This document shows positions 60,219 through 64,000 of a stretch of DNA of 64,000 bases, in pieces (position 1 is the first letter of the stretch; every line of letters begins with the position of its first letter). The notes under the pieces are model-generated. The model searched no databases, was not told where the DNA came from, and saw nothing but the letters and a program-made list of their open reading frames with translations. The stretch lies in assembly GCA_034439575.1 (NCBI GenBank), contig JAWXAQ010000027.1:293124-357123 (forward strand). The letters are read 5' to 3'. The stretch is from Leptospira sp. GTDB taxonomy: Bacteria > Spirochaetota > Leptospiria > Leptospirales > Leptospiraceae. The position numbers and the translations under genes were made by a program.

Positions 60219-61358
60219 ATGAAGAAACAAAATATTACAATTATTCTTTATCCCATTCTGATTTGTTTCACTTTGTTTTTATTTGATAAGATTTTTTTTC
60301 TTCCCATCATTGTAGAAAATACGCATAGTTGGAAAAAAATCGAGCGTTCCTTTTATGATTATAAAGAGGATTTGTATGAAGTAATGCTAACAAATCATAA
60401 AAAAAACCCTGATCGTAAAATTGGTGTTATACTGGGAAGTTCTCGTTCTGGTGAATTTGATAATTTAGCGATACGCAAATTATTAAATGATACTGACACT
60501 TATAATTTCGCCGCACCATTTGGACCGATTTCTTTTCAATACTATTGGATGGAACGCATTCAAAAAGAAAATTTACCAATCTCTTTTTTTATGGTGGAAC
60601 TTGATCCTTTATTATTTACAAAGTCAGCCATCACATATTCGTTAAATGGTTCATATGATTGGCGTTTTGTATTGGGAAATACAGATTTTTATAGAGAAAA
60701 TACGCAAAATCTGTGGAATGTAGAAAGTTCTGGATTTTCCGTAGATGAATCAGAAACATACTTTTTGAAGAAATTTTTTGCTTTATATAAGTATCCCATC
60801 GACTTCGGAGCGATCAAGGCAAATAACCAAGAATTAGAAGTAGGTTTTTTCCCAGGACTAAGTGCAGGCATTACTGGCAAAGAACACAAAAGAGAATTCC
60901 TTAAAAAAATCAAAGTCGCCAATCGAGAGTTACTTGGTGCTATGCCCAATGAAATTAAATTTGCCAATGCTGATTTTTTCTTAGAAAAAGATGCTGAAAA
61001 TATTTTTAATACACATATGAATCCATATAAAATATCTTTAACACAAATATATTTTTTTAAACGTATGTTAAAGCTTATGGAAAATAAAAATATTCCAGTT
61101 ATTTTTTATTACCCAGTTGTAGCAAATGCTTTAAAAACAAAAATGGAGAAGGGTGGTATCTTAGATGATTTTAATCACCAAACATCCACATTAATTCTTA
61201 AATCAAAAGAGAATAAAAATACCAAGTTTTATATTGTCGATCCAAGTATTAATAAAAATTGGACATGCCGTGATTTTGTGGATGCTTTGCACTTAAGTGG
61301 TGCTTGTTTTTCAAATCTATTGCCGATTCTTTTTCCTGTAGAACTTAGGAATCAATAG
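60219..61358 (+). CDS. DUF1574-type single-pass protein with SGNH-like motifs
   Basis: 379 aa with an N-terminal anchor. It has GSSRS at aa 73-77 and DALH at aa 355-358. I recognise the overall family as the Leptospira DUF1574 group that pairs with MBOAT genes. It starts 4 nt after the MBOAT stop. Confidence 0.65.
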   Translation: MKKQNITIILYPILICFTLFLFDKIFFLPIIVENTHSWKKIERSFYDYKEDLYEVMLTNHKKNPDRKIGVILGSSRSGEFDNLAIRKLLNDTDTYNFAAPFGPISFQYYWMERIQKENLPISFFMVELDPLLFTKSAITYSLNGSYDWRFVLGNTDFYRENTQNLWNVESSGFSVDESETYFLKKFFALYKYPIDFGAIKANNQELEVGFFPGLSAGITGKEHKREFLKKIKVANRELLGAMPNEIKFANADFFLEKDAENIFNTHMNPYKISLTQIYFFKRMLKLMENKNIPVIFYYPVVANALKTKMEKGGILDDFNHQTSTLILKSKENKNTKFYIVDPSINKNWTCRDFVDALHLSGACFSNLLPILFPVELRNQ

Positions 61359-61959
61359 AATTATCTACGATTTTTCTTCTTCTTTTTAAGTATGGTAATT
61401 GGTAAAAATTATAAATAAAATAATAACCAAATGTAGTTAACAGGAAATAGGTGGGTATGATAAAGATTTCTAATTTTTCAAAGATGTTATTTTGTATGTT
61501 TTGTTCTTCAGCATAAACTGAGCTAAAAATGAGAATGGAAGAATAAAAGAATAAGGACAATAATAAGTAGAGAGTAGTAGATTTCAAAAGCCAAAGAGTA
61601 TCACTCAAATCATATTTAAAATTTTGAAACTCTTCAAAGATGACTTTATAAGACTTTTGGTGGTTTTGTTTGTAAATGGAATATGCTTCCAAGATGTCTT
61701 CATCTTTTGGTTTTCCATCCAAGAGTACAAATTCAAAATCCAAACCTCTATCATACTTTTCACGCATGGAAGGGTTAGTAAGCACAGAATAAGCATAATT
61801 TAATTCGATTATCTTTTCTTTCACTAATTCCGGAGAATACGTTTCCAGTTTTTCCCAAAATTCCCTTAAGGCTAGGAACTGAGTCCGAATTTCGCTTAGA
61901 TTTGCCGTTCGTTCCATCCCAAGGATCTCATATAAAGTTTCTTTTCTGACAAGCGACAT
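61345..61959 (-). CDS. J-like domain membrane protein lacking the HPD motif
   Basis: 204 aa. [31 protein letters not shown]...[22 protein letters not shown] aligns with a DnaJ J-domain, but FWEK replaces the HPD position. Two C-terminal hydrophobic helices follow. Confidence 0.55.
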   Translation of the reverse strand: MSLVRKETLYEILGMERTANLSEIRTQFLALREFWEKLETYSPELVKEKIIELNYAYSVLTNPSMREKYDRGLDFEFVLLDGKPKDEDILEAYSIYKQNHQKSYKVIFEEFQNFKYDLSDTLWLLKSTTLYLLLSLFFYSSILIFSSVYAEEQNIQNNIFEKLEIFIIPTYFLLTTFGYYFIYNFYQLPYLKRRRKIVDNSIDS

Positions 61960-62048
61960 ACGTGATAGAGACTGACTTAGGACTTTCTCCTGTCAATTCC
62001 GTCTTGATCTTTGCTTTACAACTTCAATTTTCGAAAAATGATAGAATT

Positions 62049-63431
62049 ATGAGCCTTTCTACCGAACTAAACCTCAATCCCGATATCCAAATACCAAGTC
62101 TCGGGCGTGTGTTTGTTGAAACCTATGGTTGTCAAATGAACGAATACGATTCTGGGATAGTGAAAGAACTCTTTCGAAAAGAAAATTATGAAAATGCCAA
62201 TAGCATTGAAGACTCAGACATTATTTTTTTAAACACTTGTGCGGTGAGAGAAAATGCTCATGCAAAAATATATGGTCGACTTCAATCCCTTGGGTATTTG
62301 AAAAAAAAGAATCCAAATCTAGTCATTGGTGTGCTCGGATGTATGGCTCAGAATTTGGGCGATGATTTATTTAACCAGGAATTGCCTTTAGATTTAATTG
62401 TTGGACCTGATAATTATAGGTCTTTACCTGAACTAATACAAAAAATACGAACTGGGGAAAGAGATGTCCAACTAACAAGACTTTCTAAAACGGAAACCTA
62501 TGATGAATTGGAACCACGTGTTGTAAATGGCATTCAAGCATTTGTAACGATTATGCGAGGATGTAATAATTTTTGTACATTCTGTGTTGTGCCATATACA
62601 CGCGGAAGAGAAAGAAGTAGGGAACCTGAATCTATACTCACAGAAATTAAGAAACTAGAAGAGATAGGTGTCAAACAGGTCACCTTACTTGGGCAAAATG
62701 TAAATAGTTATGAATATGAATCAAATGATTTTGCTTCTCTCGTAGAACATATATTAAACAATACAAATATTGAAAGACTAAGATTTACATCTCCTCATCC
62801 AAAAGATTTTCCCGTACATTTGATTGATTTGATGGCGAAAGAGGAGAGGTTTTCTTCGCAGATCCATCTTCCACTCCAAGCGGGAAATGATAAAGTTCTA
62901 AGAGATATGAAACGAAGTTATACTAAGTCTGAATACTTAGAACTAGTTCAATTGATTAAAAAAACAATTCCTGATGTAGGAATTACGACTGACATCATAG
63001 TCGGATTTCCAGGGGAAACCAAAGAAGAATTCGAAGAAACCTTAGAAGTTGTGCGAACTGTTGGTTATGATATGGCTTATATGTTTAAGTATTCCGAAAG
63101 GGAAGGCACGATCGCAAAACGAAAATTTGTTGATGATGTCCCTGAGGAAGAAAAGTCTCGTAGACTTATTGAACTTGTTGATTTACAAAGTTCCATTTCA
63201 TTAAAAAAGAATCAGGAAAAAATTGGAAATATTTTTGAAGTTTTAATAGAAAATACTTCAAAAAAGAGTAAACTTGAGTTATGCGGAAGATCGCATTGCG
63301 GTAGAATGATCGTTTTTCCTATACCAGAAGGGGAAAAAACGGATTTGGACTTTTGGATTGGGAAAAAAATTAACGTCAAGATTCATTCTGTAACGAGCGC
63401 TACATTAAGAGGTACGGTGTTTGGAGGATAA
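62049..63431 (+). CDS. miaB: tRNA-2-methylthio-N6-dimethylallyladenosine synthase
   Basis: The track ORF starts at GTG 61962. ATG 62049 gives MSLSTELNL...[15 protein letters not shown]. It has the radical-SAM motif [11 protein letters not shown] and a TRAM C-terminus. Confidence 0.9.
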   Translation: MSLSTELNLNPDIQIPSLGRVFVETYGCQMNEYDSGIVKELFRKENYENANSIEDSDIIFLNTCAVRENAHAKIYGRLQSLGYLKKKNPNLVIGVLGCMAQNLGDDLFNQELPLDLIVGPDNYRSLPELIQKIRTGERDVQLTRLSKTETYDELEPRVVNGIQAFVTIMRGCNNFCTFCVVPYTRGRERSREPESILTEIKKLEEIGVKQVTLLGQNVNSYEYESNDFASLVEHILNNTNIERLRFTSPHPKDFPVHLIDLMAKEERFSSQIHLPLQAGNDKVLRDMKRSYTKSEYLELVQLIKKTIPDVGITTDIIVGFPGETKEEFEETLEVVRTVGYDMAYMFKYSEREGTIAKRKFVDDVPEEEKSRRLIELVDLQSSISLKKNQEKIGNIFEVLIENTSKKSKLELCGRSHCGRMIVFPIPEGEKTDLDFWIGKKINVKIHSVTSATLRGTVFGG

Positions 63432-64000
63432 TTCAAAAAAGATTGACCTCAGGTCGGTTCGTGTCTTTTCAAAAGATGACCTTCCACCTGGTTTTGTTGT
63501 TGATACAGATCGTGGCGGGAAATTTAAAAAATTTAAGCCACCAATCTTAAGAATTTACATTTTAAAAGAAATCCTCAGTCCTTTTCTTGTCGCTCTGTCT
63601 TTTTTTACCATGATTTATATGGCTGTTGCCATTCAAAAAATGATTGGTCTCTTTGTTGGCAAGGGTATCGATTTTTTTCGCTTACTTGATTATATGGGTT
63701 ATGTATTTGGTAATACTTTGCCCATGACGATTCCCATGGCATGTTTGATGTCTGGAATTATGGCCGCAGGACGTTTATCAGGTGATTCTGAAATTACGGC
63801 TATGCGAGCATCAGGTGTTTCATTTCCATCAATATATTCAAATTTTCTAATATTTGGATTTGTAATGACTTTGATAGTTGCCTATTTAAATTTTTATTTA
63901 GGTCCAGAAAATACTCGGAAAATGAAAGAATTTGATAACTGGATCGCCACATACAATCCTTTACTTGCGATTCAACCAGGTCAGTTTTCAGGTGATAAAA
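63421..64000 (+). CDS. LptF/LptG (YjgP/YjgQ) family permease, N-terminal part (runs off the right edge)
   Basis: The frame is open from TTG 63421 to the window end and encodes [28 protein letters not shown]...[20 protein letters not shown], which is typical of LptF/G. It is not in the ORF track because no stop lies inside the window. It overlaps the miaB end by 11 nt. Confidence 0.75.
   Translation, partial: MEDNSKKIDLRSVRVFSKDDLPPGFVVDTDRGGKFKKFKPPILRIYILKEILSPFLVALSFFTMIYMAVAIQKMIGLFVGKGIDFFRLLDYMGYVFGNTLPMTIPMACLMSGIMAAGRLSGDSEITAMRASGVSFPSIYSNFLIFGFVMTLIVAYLNFYLGPENTRKMKEFDNWIATYNPLLAIQPGQFSGDK

Noticed and set aside
61962-62048. GTG-initiated 29-codon extension of miaB.
   Set aside because: It would leave no intergenic space for the divergent promoters. 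ATG 62049 gives an N-terminus of normal length ahead of the conserved VETYGCQMN motif.
1-64000. Searched by eye for tRNA/rRNA genes, CRISPR repeats, IS elements, integrases, phage genes, toxin-antitoxin pairs and known defence-system proteins.
   Set aside because: None were found. All spacers are short, every sizeable ORF is accounted for, and composition looks uniform, so there is no sign of a horizontally acquired island.

Overview
Visibly AT-rich, very gene-dense chromosomal segment with about 55 CDS. Most spacers are under 70 nt and many gene junctions overlap by 1-17 nt. It looks spirochaetal, most likely Leptospira. This is inferred from a DUF1574-type gene next to an MBOAT gene, two RsbU-like multi-TM PP2C-TPR sensor phosphatases, several loose spirochaete-style lipoboxes and a large class III cyclase. 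The content is mostly housekeeping: partial lpxC, mlaFED-like transporter, ddl, xseAB, clpS-clpA, two hsp20 genes, hisC, leuA, uvrA, mgtE, xth, hisD-panC-mfd, uppP, an rlmI-like methyltransferase, miaB and a partial lptF/G-type permease. I found no rRNA, tRNA, CRISPR array, transposase, integrase, prophage or toxin-antitoxin signature, and no long non-coding stretch, so this reads as core genome rather than an island. The candidates most worth a second look are: (1) a translationally coupled cyclase / FecR-plus-Fn3-like-array / PGWGQ-membrane-protein module (41534-47680); (2) a FemAB-like N-acyltransferase sitting 5 nt upstream of clpS-clpA; (3) an aromatic-Pro repeat secreted protein coupled to mlaE-mlaF-mlaD; (4) an MBOAT plus DUF1574 pair carrying an SGNH-like Ser and DxxH motif; (5) two tandem CIRCE-like operators in front of the hsp20 pair; (6) a divergent acyl-CoA-dehydrogenase-fold gene overlapping the uvrA stop. 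All functional calls come from reading the translated ORFs by eye against remembered family motifs. No database search was run.
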